NCBI GenBank assembly: GCA_976551045.1
Contig: CDPCPM010000114.1
Location: forward strand, 21,080,001-21,144,000
DNA length: 64,000 nucleotides
Direction: 5' to 3'
Origin: Glaucostegus cemiculus
Lineage: Eukaryota
Each line of letters opens with the position of its first letter. The stretch's first letter is position 1. Both the position numbers and the translations under genes were made by a program. The notes beneath the pieces were generated by a model. That model did not search any database. It was not told the origin of the DNA and was given only the letters and a program-made list of their open reading frames with translations. Shown piece by piece: positions 48,830 to 61,830 of this stretch.

Positions 48830-51310
48830 TTCTTTAATTGATTTTTCAGGATCTGGCAGCATTTTTTCCCCATCCCTGATGGTGCTCGAGAAGACGGCAG
48901 TGAGCCACCCTCTTAAACGTCGAAGGTCCTTACGGTGAAGATACTCCCACAGTGCTGTTGGGTGGAATGTTTTACAATTTAGACCCAACAACATAAACAA
49001 CTGATGATATACTTCCAATCGAGATGGTGTGACTGGGGAGGTAACACGTGTGTGGCAGTCTCGCCATGTGTTACTGCCCTTGCCCATAGTGGAAGTAGCC
49101 AAGTTTGTCAGAGTAGCCCTGTAGTGCATTTTGTAGATGGTACATACAGTAGCCACTGAGCATTGGTGGTGGGTGGAGAGAAAGAAGATTTAGGAAAGAT
49201 AAAGGGTGCCATTCAAGAGAACTGCTTTGTCCTGGATAGTGTCAAGCTTGTTGAGAGTTGTTGGAGCTACACTCATCCGGGCAAGTGGAGAGTGTTCCAA
49301 TATAGAGTCATAGAGTTGCACAGCACGGAAAAAGGCCTTTCAGGCCATATGTGTCCATCCGACCAAGATGTACATTCAAGCTAATCCCATTTCCCAGCAC
49401 TTGGCCCATATCGCTCTAAACTCTTGTCATATGTTCCTAGTTTGTGCCTTGTGGATGGTGGAAGGACTTGGGGCTACCAGGAGGTGCATTACTCAGAGTA
49501 GGTTACTCAGTTTCTGACCTGCTCTTGCAGCCATGGTGTCTATGTTATTGATCCAATTGAGACTATGTTTAGTGGTAACTGAGATGGCATTGATAGTGGG
49601 GGACATGGCAGTCATGATACCATTGAATATAGCTGGACTCTCCTGTTGGAGCTGGTCTTCACCTGACACTTCTGTAGTGAGAATATTACTTGCCACTTAT
49701 CAGCTCGTGCCTCCTTGTTGTCTGGGTCTTGCTGTATGCAGGTTTGAACTGTTCCATTTGCCTAAGAATTGCGAATGGAATTGACCAATGTGCAAGCATT
49801 GAAAACATGCCCACTTCTGCCCTTGTGATAAAGCAGCTGGAGATGGTTGGGCCTATGACACTGCGCCCCTAAGAAATCCTGCAGTGACGAGCTCTGACAA
49901 CCAGGGCCATCTTCCTTTGTGCAAGGTAAGTCTCCCTTCACTGGAATGTTTTCCTTTTGATACCTATTGATTTCACCCATGGTGCCTTGAGGACACACTC
50001 TCATCAAATGCTGCCTTGATGTCAGGGGCAGTCACTCACATCACACCTCTCGAATTCAGTTATGGAGTCATACAGGTGCTTTGCTCCTCGGAGTCCACAT
50101 AAACCATCATCCACCCTGGACTCCACCATTCATCTAAACACCTGGGGCAATTTACAGCAGGCAATTAACCAACTGACCCCCCAGGATTTTGGGATGCAGA
50201 GCTCCCGGGGAAACTCACACAGTCACAGAAAGAACATGCAAACTCCACACAGACAGCACTAGAGGGCAGGATTGAATCTGGTTCTCCAGTGAGGCCCAGC
50301 ACACAAGTGCAAAAGTAAAATAAAATTGGTAAACTGGTTTATTATTGTCACCTGTACTGAAGTACAGTGAAAAACCTTGTTTTGCATGCCATTCATATAG
50401 ATCATCTCATTACAATGGTGCACTGAGATATTATAAGGGAAGACAATAACAGAATGCAAAATAAAGTTAGTTACAGAGAAAGTGCAGTGCAGGCAGACAA
50501 TAAGGTGCAAGGCCATAACGAGGTAGATTGTGAGCTCAAGAGTCCATCTTATTACCATAAAGGAAAGACCAAGCTTGCGCTGTGTGGCAGCGGCTCTCCC
50601 AGCTGTGCGACTGTGCTGCCCTTTCTTTGGTCCTCGTTTGGACCAAGACTACGGTGACAACTAGTGCCAAGTGGTCCTAGAAAGCCAACACTGGCATCAG
50701 TGAATAGGTTATTGCTAAGCAAGTACAGTTTGATGACACTGGTGATGATAGCTTCCATCACTTGGCTGATGTTTGAAAGTAAACTGAGTAGTAATTTGCC
50801 ACATTAGAGTTGTCTCACTTGTTATAAACAGGACATACCTGGGCAACTTTCCATGCTGTCTGGTTGAAGCCACTATTGTTACTATACTGAAACAACTTGG
50901 CTGGAGGAACTGCTAACTCTGGAGCACAGATCTCCAGTTCAACAGCTGGGATGGTGCATGGTCCCATAGCCTTTGCTATAGTGAGTGCCATCAGCCACTC
51001 CTTGAACTCTTATGGCTTGAATCAAGTCGGCTGAAGAGTGGCACCAGTGATAGTGGGGGTCTCAGGAGGAAACTGAGATGGGTCATTTGTTTCACACCTA
51101 TTGTTGAACATGGCTGTGAATGCTTCAGTATTTTCTTCTGCACTCACAGGCAGCACCTTGCCATCGCTGAGGCTGGCTGACGTTCAGGGAGCCTCGTCCT
51201 CCCGTTTGGTTGTCCATCACCATTCACGACTAGACCTGCAGAGCTGTCAGCTGATCTGTTGACTGCGAGATCACTTAGCTGTCTAATGCATGTTGCTTTC
51301 GCTGTTCAGC
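48830..51310 (-). mobile_element. Old degraded LINE (CR1-group, L2/Crack-like) with nested CR1, V-SINE and Rex fragments
   Basis: Residual RT-like coding (tgcccctgacatcaaggcagcatttga = ALDIKAAF; LNWINNIDTMAARAGQKL); younger inserts at ~49300-49425, ~50060-50620 and ~50325-50560. Confidence 0.6.
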
Positions 51311-51759
51311 ACCCATGAAGTCTCATATTCGTATCTGAGGTAAGTAAACTGCTATAATTCCAGCTTAAAGCTCAGTAACATAACATTACTTGCCGTTTGA
51401 AGAAGAGAGTTACACACTTTCACCAGCCTTTCCATGAAGAAGTATTCATTTCTGAAAGATCTGGTTCCAACTTTTCAACAACAATCCCTAGGTCAATGTT
51501 TCCTTCCTAGGTCTGGTGCCCTGCTAGGTATGGACCAGACGGGGCTTTGTATACCTTTATTATAACCTGTAGCCCCTTGCATTCTTGTCCTCTAAAACCT
51601 ATTCTCCGGATGCATTTGTTTCAGCCTCATCAACCACAGACTAACGCAAGGCTCCCAATGTTGTAATGTTGTCCAAAACAAAACACGGAATACCTACAGG
51701 AATGGATAGGATGACTCCATTTTAACCATGTATTCTAACTTTAGTGGAAAACATTTTAC

Positions 51760-52855
51760 GTAGACCTGGGACTCAACACCTCCCTTTGCAACTGGACCCT
51801 TGACTTCCTGACCAACAGACCACAATCAGTGAGGATAGAGAGCAATACCTCTACCACAATTATCCTCAACACTGGTGCACCACAAGGCTGCGTCCTCAGC
51901 CCCCTCCTCTACTCCCTATACACTCACAACTGTGTGGCCAGATTCTGCTCTAATTCCACCTGCAAGTTTTCAGATGACACCACCTGTTGTGGGCTGAATC
52001 TCAAATAACAATGAGTCAGAGTACAGGAAGGAGATAGAGAGCCCAGTGACATGGTGTCATGACAACAAGCTTTTCCTCAATGTCAATAAAAAAAAGAGCC
52101 CGTATTCAATTTCAGGAAGGGGGTGCTGTGCACATGCTCCTGTTTACATCAACTGTACTGAGTTCGAGAGGGTTGAGAGCTTCAAGTTCCTGGAAGTGAA
52201 CATCACCACCGTCTGTCCAACCATGTAGACGTCATGGCCAAGAAAGTCCACCAGTGCATCTACTTGCTCAGGAGGTGAAAGAAATTTGGCGTGTCCCCTT
52301 TGACCCTAACTAATTATTATTGATGCACCACAGAAAGCATGCTATCCAGATGCATCATGGCTTGGTACGGCAACTGCTCTGCCCGAGACCACAAAAAAAC
52401 TGCACAGAGTTGTGGACACACTCAGCACATCACGGAAACCAGCCTCCCCTCCATGGATTCTGTCTACACTTCTCACTGCCTTAGTAAAGCAGTCAATATA
52501 AAGATCCTACCCACCTGGACTTACTCTCTTCTTCCCTCTCCCATTGGGCAGGAGATGTAAAAGGCTGAAAACACATACCACCAGGCTCAAGAACAGCTTC
52601 TATCCCATTGTTATAAGACTATTGAATGGTCTCCTACTATGATAAGATGGACTCTTGACCTCACAACCTACCTCATTATGGCCTTGCATCTTATTGTCTA
52701 CCTGCACTGCACTTCCTCTGTAACTGTAACACTTTATTCTGCATTCTGTTATTGTTTTCCCTTGTACTACCCCAATGTAATAAGTGATCTGTATGGATAG
52801 CATGCAAAACAAAGCTTTTCACTGTACCTACGTACATGTGACAATTATAAACAAA
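51760..52855 (+). mobile_element. Decayed Rex1/Babar LINE
   Basis: [18 protein letters not shown]...[19 protein letters not shown]...KFSDDT; 3' UTR ending gtgacaattataaac. Confidence 0.85.
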
Positions 52856-53149
52856 TTTGCCAATGCACATGCAATGCAGAGAAATGTACTCTTCATAGGT
52901 GTTTAATTCTTTAGCAAACATCTTCCACCACTGACTTACCAAGGATCCAAGGTGCATATAATGATTAAAGTACACTGAGTTTCACCTGCCCATTTACCAA
53001 CAAAAAAGGCTGAAGTTCAAATATACAAAATGTGTGAAAATGCATCTTAAGACCTTATGCCAACACAAAATGAAAGTCAAAAGTCAAAGTCGAATTTGTT
53101 GTCATATGCACAAGTACATGTATGCACAGGTGCAATGAAAAATTTACTT

Positions 53150-53739
53150 TTTCTAAAGAAATTTAGTTTGTCCCCTTTGACTCTCACCAACTTTTACCGA
53201 TGCATCATAGAAAGCATCCTATCTGGATATATCATGACTTGGTACAGCAAATGCTCTGCCCAGGACCGCAAGAAACTGCAGAGAGTTGTGGACACAGCCC
53301 AGCGCATCATGGACACCAGCCTCCCCTCCTTGGACTCTGTCTTTACCTCTCACTGTCTTGGTGAAGCAGCCAGCATAATCAAAGACCCCACCCACCCGGG
53401 ACATTCTCTCTTCTCTCCTCTTCCATCGGGTACAAGGTACAAGTGCCTGAGGGCACGTACCACCAGACATAAGGACAGTTTCTACCCCACTGTGATAAGA
53501 CTATTGAACAGTTCCCTTATACAGTGAGATGGACTATGACTTCACAATCTACCTTGTTGTGACCTTGCACCTTATTGCACTGCACTTTCTCTGTAGCTGC
53601 GACACTTTGTACTGTTACTGTTTTTACCTGTACTACCTGAATGTAACTGCACTGTGTAATAAATTGACCTGTACGATGGGTTTGTAAGACAAGCTTTTCA
53701 CTGTACCTCGGTACAAGTGACAATAATAAACCATTACCA
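53150..53739 (+). mobile_element. Rex1/Babar 3' fragment nested in an opposite-strand Rex 3' UTR (53074-53800)
   Basis: Peptide LTNFYRCIIESILSG...SIIKDPTHPGHSLFSPLPSG; flanks TTACTT (53144-53149) and TTAATT (53740-53745). Confidence 0.85.
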
Positions 53740-55235
53740 TTAATTGCAGCATCATCACGAACATAGCATCTGACACGGAACATTCACAAGAAAAATATAG
53801 ATTAACAACATAAAGTTTATTCGTTATTTATTTAACCATTAGAATTGCAAATAGGCATGTCTGGAGCTCATTTGATCAGCTAGTCCTAATGTATTGGACA
53901 ACAGTGGACTAAACAAAACAATTCATGTAACGAAGCAGAGGCAGAATCACTAGCTAACACTGGATGCACTGTCTACAACACATCACCACAACCCACACAA
54001 GGTTCCCGTCTCATTCTACAATGGGCTGGATGGACATACACATTGCACTGATGACTTGCCAGAGGCTGAATTCTGTTCAAATAGATGATTATGCAAATGT
54101 TAGTCAAATATCCGGCTGGTTTCCATTCCTGTGATACAACATGCAATCTCACTAGTCAGCAATTGAGCAAGGTTAGGAGTTGGATAAACTTGCACCCTTG
54201 TATATTCAACAAAGACTGCTGCAGGAAAGTTCATTCAATGTTCCATCAGATTTTAATGATGTCAAAGGTATGCATAATTGCCATCACTCCAGTTTAAGTC
54301 AATTTGTATTTTCCCATTGCAGGAGAACCTTTCCTGATCGTTTTCCACCACACATCCTCTCAAGGGAGCGGTCTGATATCACAGTCCAATTCCTCAGGAC
54401 TGGAGCCTGTCGCTCTGCATTCCTGATAAAGCATCCTGCCCTCTGGATTATGCTTTTCAACTTGATAAACCCAGGAGATGTCTTCTGATTTAACACATTC
54501 AGTTCCTGACCCATGAGAGTTTGGAGATCATCTCTTCAACAATTTTGCAAGTAATCTGGGAGAATAATCTCAAGGTAGATCACTAAATGAGGACTTCCTC
54601 TTCCACTCAACTTCTTTGAATGCATACGTTCATCAGTTATAATGCTGAGGAGGCCAAAAGCCTGTTAACTGGTTGAAGAGTTAAAGGCAGGTCATGTGAC
54701 TGAATATGTCCAATTAGAGTTGACAGTCCAAGTAACATTTGATCCCATTAATTCAGAATGAAGGGGCAGGAAAGCAGCCCTGGGGTGGATCTTGTTCCAG
54801 ATTCAGTGATTCTACGGTTTGCAGGTTTAGAACTCGGGAGTACTGAGCGGCAGAGGTCAATTGAAAATTCCTTTACGCTGCCTCTGAAGCTTCCTGACTC
54901 TGCTCTCCCACAGAGAGAGGGTTGTTGCCACTTGCTGTTTGATATTCGACAGATGTTTTAGTGAAGGAATGAGTTCTGATCCTACACAGCGTGCACAAAG
55001 CAAACCACACTGGTGCTTTAGATAAACAACTTATGTATCATCTGTTGGGTTCATATTATTCTATGCAGTTACCTACATCGATAGCTGGGTGCAGGGTAAT
55101 TTTTGGACACAACAGAAACTGCAAGGATTTGGTTTCCAGAGGGAGTTGGGTGCCCTTATACATATATCACTGAATATTAATAGGGAGGTATAACGTGTAA
55201 TTAGGAAGGCAACTGGTACGATCTCCTTTATTGAA

Positions 55236-55790
55236 CACAGAACAGTACAGCAGAGAAAGAAGCTTCAGCCCACAACGTTGTGCCAAATCAAACACCTAAC
55301 TAAACTAATCCCTTCTGCCCACCCAATGTCCATATCCCTCCTTAAGAGCTTTTTAAATGCCTCTATATTTGCCTCCAGTACCACCCCTGCCAACACATTC
55401 CAGGCACCCACAACTGTGTAAAAAAAACTTGTCCTGCATCTCCTTTGAACTTTCCCCTTCTCACTTTAAATGCATGCCCTCTAGTATTAGACATTCTGAC
55501 CCTGGGAAAAAGATACTGGCCGTCTACTCTATCTATTTCTCTCATAATCTTATAAACTTCTGTCAGGTCTCCCCTCAGCCTCTGCTGCTGCTCCGGAGAA
55601 AACAACCCAAGATTGTCCAACTCTCCTTACAGCGCATGCCCTCTAATCCTGGCAGCATCCTGGTAAACATCTTCTGCACCCTCTCCAAAGCCTCCACATC
55701 CTTCCCATAATGGGGTGACCGGAATTGAATGCAATACTCCAGATTCTGCCGAACCAGGGTTTTATAAAGTTGCAACATAACTTCCTGACT
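55236..55790 (-). mobile_element. CR1 3' fragment (inserted in an older plus-strand CR1, ~55175-56510)
   Basis: Peptides LQLYKTLVRQNLEYCIQF...KDVEALERVQKMFTRMLPGL and RLRGDLTEVYKIM. Confidence 0.85.
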
Positions 55791-56534
55791 ATTGCAAGAG
55801 GACCTGAATACACTAGAGATGTCTTGCTCCATTTCTGTAGGACCCTGGTATGACAACACCTGGAATACTGTGTACAATCTCCACACCCAAGGAAGGAGAT
55901 TCTTGCAACTGAAGGGATGCAGCAAATGCGCATCAATTTGTTCCCTGGGATGGCAGCTTTGTGGTCCGAGGAGAGATTAAGCAGCCTGGGCCAGTTTAGA
56001 AGAATGAGAGGTGCTCTCATTGAAACTCCTATAGTACTTGACAGGACAGAAGCAGAGTTGTGTGTCCCTTGGCTAGAAGCATGAGTTACAGTCTCAAAAC
56101 TGGACACAGGGGACAGAAATAGGAAGTAATTTCTTTGCGCACAGAGTGGTGAACCTTTGGCATTCTCTACCCAAGTGGGCAGTGGAGGTTCAGCCGCTGA
56201 CTATATGCATGATAGAAATCAAGAGAAGTCTGCACTAAAGTGGACTTTGTTTTGTTCTAATTGTGTTCTTTCTTGTGTGTATAATTTATATGTAACTTGC
56301 GTTTTTCATATGAATGTTGATTATATGATGCTATGTGCCTGTAACGCTGCTGCAAGTAAGCTTCTCATTGCACCTGTGCATACAGGTACTTGTGCACATG
56401 ACAACAAACTCCACTTTGATCTTAAGGGATATGGGGTCTTTTGCACTTAAGTAGGAGGTCAGCCATGATCTCATTGAAGGGCTGAACGGCCTCCTCTTCC
56501 TGCTTCTACTTATTTCTGCTGTAATACAAAACAC

Positions 56535-56954
56535 TGTTGGATTAGGGTCCAGATTGTTGTTTCTGTTGTGTTTTTCTATGTAGTTTTACTTTTCTTTGCG
56601 CTTGCTTATATGTTTGTATAATCACCTGTTTGCCTGTAAACTTTTAGTAACTTGTACGATATTTGGTTCTATACTTCTGTAGTTTCTTTGTCTGCAAAGC
56701 TGAAGTGTGAATCAGACAGTACCTGTTCACAGGTTTCCTTACCTAAACTGGTTTAGACCAGTTTTCAGTATAAAGGGAGAGCATGTGGTCAGGTTCTTTG
56801 TTACTTCTTTACTTGCCTTGCCTGCTAGTACAGGCTGACCCTGTCTGACCCGTACTGTGATGAACATCTAATAAAACAGCAGGAACCATAAGATTTGCGC
56901 CTCATTCTTTACTTCCAAAGGATCTTCTGGACAACATCATCTCCAGATCTAACA
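56535..56954 (+). mobile_element. Solo LTR (420 bp), Gypsy-type
   Basis: Begins TGTTGGAT and ends ATCTAACA (8-bp terminal inverted repeat, 1 mismatch); TATAAA 56769-56774; AATAAA 56870-56875; flanks ACAC/CCAC. Confidence 0.75.
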
Positions 56955-58124
56955 CCACTAGTCACTGGACTAAAATGGAAAAACACAGGAGCAAGGCACT
57001 TACCCAGTTTTCAGCTGATCAGTCCTAGGGATCTAACAAGTCACTAAAGAACCTAATAAATGACCTCAACCAGTGTCATTAGGGAGCACTGATTGATGAG
57101 AGAGTCGATGAAAAGCCACATGAGAGGAGGAGGGCTCACCTGGTGACCAGCTAAACCAGCACAAATGGGGCTGTGGTTGACTGTGAGCAAATGCGAAAGG
57201 AATGGACCCCCTCCCTGGACTTAGTGACTGAATCTCCACAGGGACAATTGCCATGGTTTCAGCTTCTACCTCTGACCTGTAATGAAGAAACTACAGAAGG
57301 CTTTTCGGTGTTCATAACACAAATGGAAGCTCCTATACCCACTAATTTTGAAAACCTGCCCGTTTCTAATGGCTTCCCTCCACAACAAGAGCATTCCTAA
57401 TGGTTGAGCAAAGAGTGATGTCAACCTGATATCATCTGAACCAGGTAATTGCTGGTTATGGGCACTTCCATCTGTAACAAAAGATCATTCTGTGACTTCT
57501 ACACCTTACACAATTGAACAGGGAGTTGTGCTGAGTGAATCTCTTGCCTGGACCTGTCGGAGGCTGCCTTGGTTAGGCTAGAAGCAATATCTCAATGAAG
57601 TCCCTCAACGTAACCAAAGAAGAGATGTTGTGTGGAAGGAGGGTACAAGGTCTACCATCGTACTGACAACCATGACACGCATGGATTTGTCGCCACAGTC
57701 AAGCCCAAGACCCCACCTCACCACCAACCCAAGAGGTTGGAAAGACCGGATGCCAACTGAGAAAGAACAAGGTCTCGGGAGCAGACAGATCTAAAACTTG
57801 ACGGAAAGGAACTTCAGTTACAGATACACCACTTCACCTCCAACCTCCAAGAATAGAAGGATACGTCGGGGGTCCTCAGAGTTGGTAGAATCATGACCAT
57901 CCACACAAAGGGAGACAAATCTGGCAGTGTATCTGCAGAGGGGTCTCCCTGCTGTCTGCCACAAGGAAACCAGCACAGGGATTGTCCTCAACCACCACCA
58001 CCCCTAACCCCACCCCCACCCACCCACCTCAGTGCCTGAATCACAGTGTGGATCCTGTCCACCTACAGCCACAATGCACACGATCTTCACCAAGCGACAA
58101 CTTCATGAGAAATGCAGGGAGCGA

Positions 58125-58350
58125 CATAAGACATAGGAGCAGAATTAGGCCATTTGGCCCATCAAGCCTGCTCCACCGTTCAATCATGGCTGATACCCCT
58201 TACCAATCAAGAACCTATCAATCTCTGCCTTAAGTACACCCAATGCCCAGGCCTCCACAGCCCTCTGTGCCAATGAATTCCACAGATTCACCACATTCCC
58301 CCTCATCTCAGTTTTAAAGGGACGTCCCTTTATTCTGAGGCTGAGCCTCG
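58125..58350 (-). mobile_element. CR1 3' fragment, followed by a V-SINE at ~58390-58660
   Basis: Same 3' end as the 11985-12250 region (ccttaccaatcaagaacctatcaatctctgcctt). Confidence 0.75.
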
Positions 58351-59189
58351 ACTGCTATGCATGGACCGTTTTAATCTCACTGAAGTCATATAATCATATA
58401 GCATGGAAAAAGGCTCTTCAACCCATTGATTTCACTCATCCTGCATTAATCCCACTTTAGTCTCTTCACTTTCTCATCAACTACCCCAGATTCTACCACT
58501 TATACACTAGGGGCAATTTCCTGTGGCCAGTTAAACTACCCACCTGCACATCTTTGGGATGCGGGAGGAAACCTATAGGATCACAGGTGCAAACTCCACA
58601 TTCGAGGATTGAACCTGGGTCACTGGAGTGGCGTGGCAGCATACCTACAAGCTGTGCCACCTTTGATTCTGTACGAGGGATGATGGAGCACCCTTCTTAA
58701 TTTTGGATGCCACAGAAATTCACCTCCCCATTGTGTTGCTACCTGATGGCATCGAAGCTGTGATCTTATCAGAGTCCGTAACAGGCACAATCTCAGTGAA
58801 GACCTGTTTCAGACAAGTCGCCCGCCTGTTTACCTCTGAGACATGGGCAACCTACAGGGGCAACTCAAAACACCCCAGAGATGCCTACATTGCCATCTCA
58901 GCAAAACTGACACCCACTAGCAGGGTACTGACACCAAGGCCTTTCCCAGGTCACCATCAATGGTTATCTTTAGCCACCTCTAATGGGCAGGCCACATCAC
59001 CCTGATACCAGACTGAACACCCTGCTCCGAGCTCCATCATAGCAAGAAATTACCAGGTGATCAGAGGAAATAATTTAAAATATATTAAATGATATCTTCT
59101 ATATTTTATATCATAATATATTGTATATTATTAACATATGTTAAATATTATTTATATGTTATATAACATATTCTCTTTCAAAAACGGTA

Positions 59190-59375
59190 CCATTGCCACT
59201 AGCTCATGGCCTGCAACCACTCAAAATGGAGAAGGAGCATTCAGGTGGGATTGAGAACAGGCAGCAGCCCAGTAAAACCAGCAGCGGAAGGCACAGCCTC
59301 CTGAACGACCCACCTGCCCCACCTGTGTCATGGTCTGCCACATTGGCCCCATCAGCCACCTCAGGACCACAGAAC
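59190..59375 (+). mobile_element. RTE LINE 3' remnant
   Basis: ctcatggcctgcaaccactcaaaatggagaaggagcattcag...cacattggccccatcagccacctcaggacccac-type ending. Confidence 0.55.
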
Positions 59376-61045
59376 AAGTCACCCTTGATCCCGAGCGCCT
59401 GCCTGCCTGCCTGCCAAAAGGAAAAGAAGAACAATTGAAATGCAAGGAAGTTGTGCCAAATTTGTACCAAGCCTTTGTCAGTCCACACCGAGCACTGAGG
59501 CAGATCTGGATACAGCAGCTTATAGAGCAGCAACCCGTATAAATTGCAACCTGATCTTTCCCATTCAAAGTGACCTCTTGAAACTCCTTTTGGACTCAAA
59601 CCCAGCACCTCCCAATCCACAACAGTGAGGACTCCACAAGGAAAGTTTCAGAAGACAACATTATTTCCAAAAGACACCAAGTATCCTTCTCACAACTCAG
59701 CCACTAGGCTTCAACTCCACACAGGGTGAGCACTGGTCAGGGCTGATGTGACCACCACATGCCACCAGAGACTTCACCCAGTACATCTGTGGAAACACTG
59801 ATCACACTATGGGGCACGTAACATCCTGCCCCCAGCATAAATGTTGTCAGGGGCACACGCTGGAGATACATTTGCTTGCCAGCAGGCCAATGAGCCAATT
59901 GGAGGACCCAGTATTACAATTCTCCTCCTAAGGTTGTAATGAAAGAATTAGTCATGCTGTTGTAAAAAGGCAATGAAGAAAGTACAGAAGATTTACAGGG
60001 AATGACTGTGCAGAACGCCCTGACTATTATACTGAAATGTCATTCTGGAGCTTGGGGCTCAAGCCTCTGGAATGGCCCTTGAACCTATAACCTCCTGACT
60101 TGGAGGTGAGTGTGCTCCCAACTGGGTCAAGGCTGGCAGTTTAAAACGAGGGCGAGAACAAATACAATGTACTTCATTAGCACCTGAGGAAAGGGGGAAG
60201 AGCTTCTACTCTGCACAGTTGGGTTGTCTCAATAGTTATCGTCTCAATCAGATCAAAATTTATCGTCTAAAATCAGCTTTACACTGAATGGAAGCAGCAG
60301 GGTTCTGCATCCTGACAGGATTTGTTGCTCCTTGTTTCATGATCGATATGAAAGGAATGCAAATGTGGAATCAATTTAACTTACAGAGTCTGGATCTTGA
60401 AGTGAAGCCTTATTACACCCCACCCCCCAGCATGTTCCTTGTCTTCTCTGTTGTGTTTTTAAAATGAGGTTTCTTAAGACTTTTTCCCAAGTGCACTTTT
60501 ACTTAAAAGCGGAGATTTCCAACAAGTGAGACACAACTCTCCCTGTTGAAGTATTTACAGAATAAGGGGGTGCCACCAATGTCCCTCTGCAGGTTTTGCC
60601 TCTGGCCACGTGCTTGAGAAGATGATGATGTGATTTGAGCACCAAGTCCCAGGATGGATCCTCTGGCTGTTCTCAGTTGGTTGCTCCAGCCAGGCTGCTC
60701 CCAGTTGGTTCTGGAGGAGAGGGGGAGCCAGGGCTCTTGCACCTTATTCCTGGGTCCATCCCCTCTGAACACTGTAATTTTTTAAAATTAAACTAATTTT
60801 TTTAAATTAAATTTTATTTACAGCGTGATAACAGGCTCTTTCGGCCCAACGAGTCCGCGCCGCCCAATTTTTTTTTTAAACCTTCAAATTAACCTACCCA
60901 TACGTCTTTTAGAATGTGGGAGGAAACCAGAGCACCCGAAGGAAACCCACGCAGACACGGGAGAACGTATCGTGCTATTATGTCAAGGGAAACAGCAAAG
61001 ATCAGGTTTGCATTGATGAAAAGAGAATTACTATCCAGACTGCAG

Positions 61046-61330
61046 GGGGCCACACGGTGGTGCAGCTAGAAGAGCCACTTCCTCACAGCTCCAGAGACCC
61101 GGGTTTGATCCTGACCTCCGGTGTTGTCTGTGCAGAGTTTGCACATTCTGCCTGTGACTGTGTGGTTTCCTCTGGGTGTCCTGGTTTCCTCCCACATCCT
61201 ACAGACATACTGGTTGGTTAATGTACTTCTGTAAATTACCCATGGTGTGGTTAAGTGGTAAAAGAATCAAAGCAACGCGATGGAAGTGTGAGAGAGAGAG
61301 AATAAGTTGCAGGGCCACAGGGAACTGAGG
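61046..61330 (+). mobile_element. HE1-like V-SINE
   Basis: ggtggtgcagctagaagagcc...gggtttgatcctgacctccggtg...gagtttgcacattctgcc. Confidence 0.85.
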
Positions 61331-61409
61331 AGAGATCCTCCTTTTGTGTTTTAAATGATAGACTTCTCAGTGAAGCCACACATCAAGTGACAGAATCCAT
61401 CACCTTCTC

Positions 61410-61830
61410 CAGTGCTCTGGCACAGCCATCGACTGACCAGAGAACAGAGCATTCAAAGACCAGGCTCTCAAACCCTCCACCGCGCTCAGGGTCTACTGAG
61501 CAGCAGGGCTCCCTGACCTTTGATACACTTCAGAGACCTGGACCTCCTACAGGAGCCACCTCGAGGCACTGGAAAGAAACCACTAATGCTGCAAACACAA
61601 GATCCTCCAAAATACTGCAGCGAGGATCAGTGTGTTTTCCAGGCATCACCCCGACACCGAGGCTCAACCTGCTCTGGTGAACAGATCACATCAGACACCC
61701 GATTCTGGAGACGGACACTCGACCCTCAGCTCCGTCACATCAAAAGATTTCCAGGAGGATGGAGAAAACACTTCAAGAATGATGTCAAAGTCTCCCTGAA
61801 AAACATAACACCCTCACCAACTAATGGAAA
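61410..61830 (+). mobile_element. RTE LINE remnant
   Basis: tcagagacctggac (SETW-like) and peptide RFPGGWRKHFKNDVKVSLK, typical of the RTE ORF C-terminus. Confidence 0.6.

Noticed and set aside
57000-57980. Possible internal domain of the adjacent LTR or a Harbinger remnant
   Set aside because: No primer-binding site after the LTR, no second LTR, and no protein motif I could support
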